From Nemertoderma westbladi (Eukaryota > Animalia > Xenacoelomorpha): a DNA stretch of 64,000 bases. Shown here piece after piece: positions 63,313-64,000 of the stretch. The stretch covers positions 1 through 64,000 of the forward strand of contig JAUCBJ010008260.1 of assembly GCA_032718475.1 (NCBI GenBank). The letters run 5' to 3'. Position 1 is the stretch's first letter; each line of letters begins with the position of its first letter. The notes below the pieces were generated by a model. The model did not search any database, had not been told where the DNA came from, and saw only the letters and a list, made by a program, of their open reading frames with translations. The position numbers and the translations under genes were made by a program.

Positions 63313-63422
63313 ATTGGCAATCATTTTCACAATCTGCTCGTGATTGGCTGTTTCCAGGGAACGAGCGTTAACAGCAACCAATTCGTCGGTAACTTGGACA
63401 CCAGCGCGTTGTCCCGGACCAC
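63313..63422 (-). CDS. PDZ-domain exon, absent from the ORF track
   Basis: cttttag|GPGQRAGVQVTDELVAVNARSLETANHEQIVKMIAN|gtaagt matches the PDZ pattern GPA-xAGL-GD-I-VNG--H-----I. Confidence 0.8.
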
Positions 63423-64000
63423 CTAAAAGAATTAACATTTGGTTGAAACCTGAGCACTACGACTACACCTTTAAATAGCAAATGCTGGTGGAAAATTATG
63501 AGGTTCAACTCGACACTCTTGTATATCAGGCACATTGTCGTACTACTGTATATATGCGGCTTTTAATTGCAATAACAAAAAAATAATGTATTATTTCAGC
63601 AATCTGCTTTCCTATCATTTTTATATCTCTTATTTTTGATGACTATAAATAAGGCGCTTTCAGGTATGATACACCAACAATGCAGTCTCTGAGCTGCCAC
63701 AAATACAACATAAAAATGATAATATTAAAGAATTAAAAAAACGTTGAACTATCTTTTTGAGAGCAGCTGAACACGGGGTATCTAAATGCTTTTCTGAATA
63801 ATGTGGAAAATGGTATTAAAGATAAGAGGCAATCAATTTTAGAGAACTATAGAATAATATGATCTGACTATGTGATACATAATATCAGGAACCTGGGGCA
63901 AAATTTTAATTATTAACTTGGGATCTAATATTTTTAACACTTTTCCTTATTATGATGACTTCATCTATTTTTCTATCTGTATATAGGAAGGAGTATCTAA

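Overview
AT-rich eukaryotic (animal) genomic DNA with GC/CpG-rich exons and GT-AG introns. Five conserved genes could be assembled by hand. DDB1 (minus strand, 2 exons, ~1128 aa); a HEXIM-family gene (plus, intronless CDS); CFAP57/WDR65 (minus, 3 exons, ~1218 aa); NDUFV2 (minus, intronless CDS); and an MPP5/PALS1/Stardust-type MAGUK (minus, 13 exons in the window, 5' end probably beyond it). Between and inside them are RTE- and CR1-type LINE fragments, nested TTAA-flanked elements, MITEs, a non-autonomous Helitron, tRNA-derived SINEs, long palindromes and four large tandem arrays. Most notable: (1) a ~9 kb array of ~265 34-bp units, each copying the true exon/intron donor of the MAGUK GUK exon; (2) a HEXIM with PENT instead of PYNT and an SP/His-rich tail with CTD-like YSPT motifs; (3) ~50 tandem E-box units right behind that gene; (4) an extra N-terminal PDZ spliced in frame onto PALS1; (5) strong, 3'-biased intron loss in three genes; (6) TACCGGTA/TAGGCCTA clustering at gene 5' ends. 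Exon calls come from reading the sequence only. Nothing was verified by database search or RNA data.
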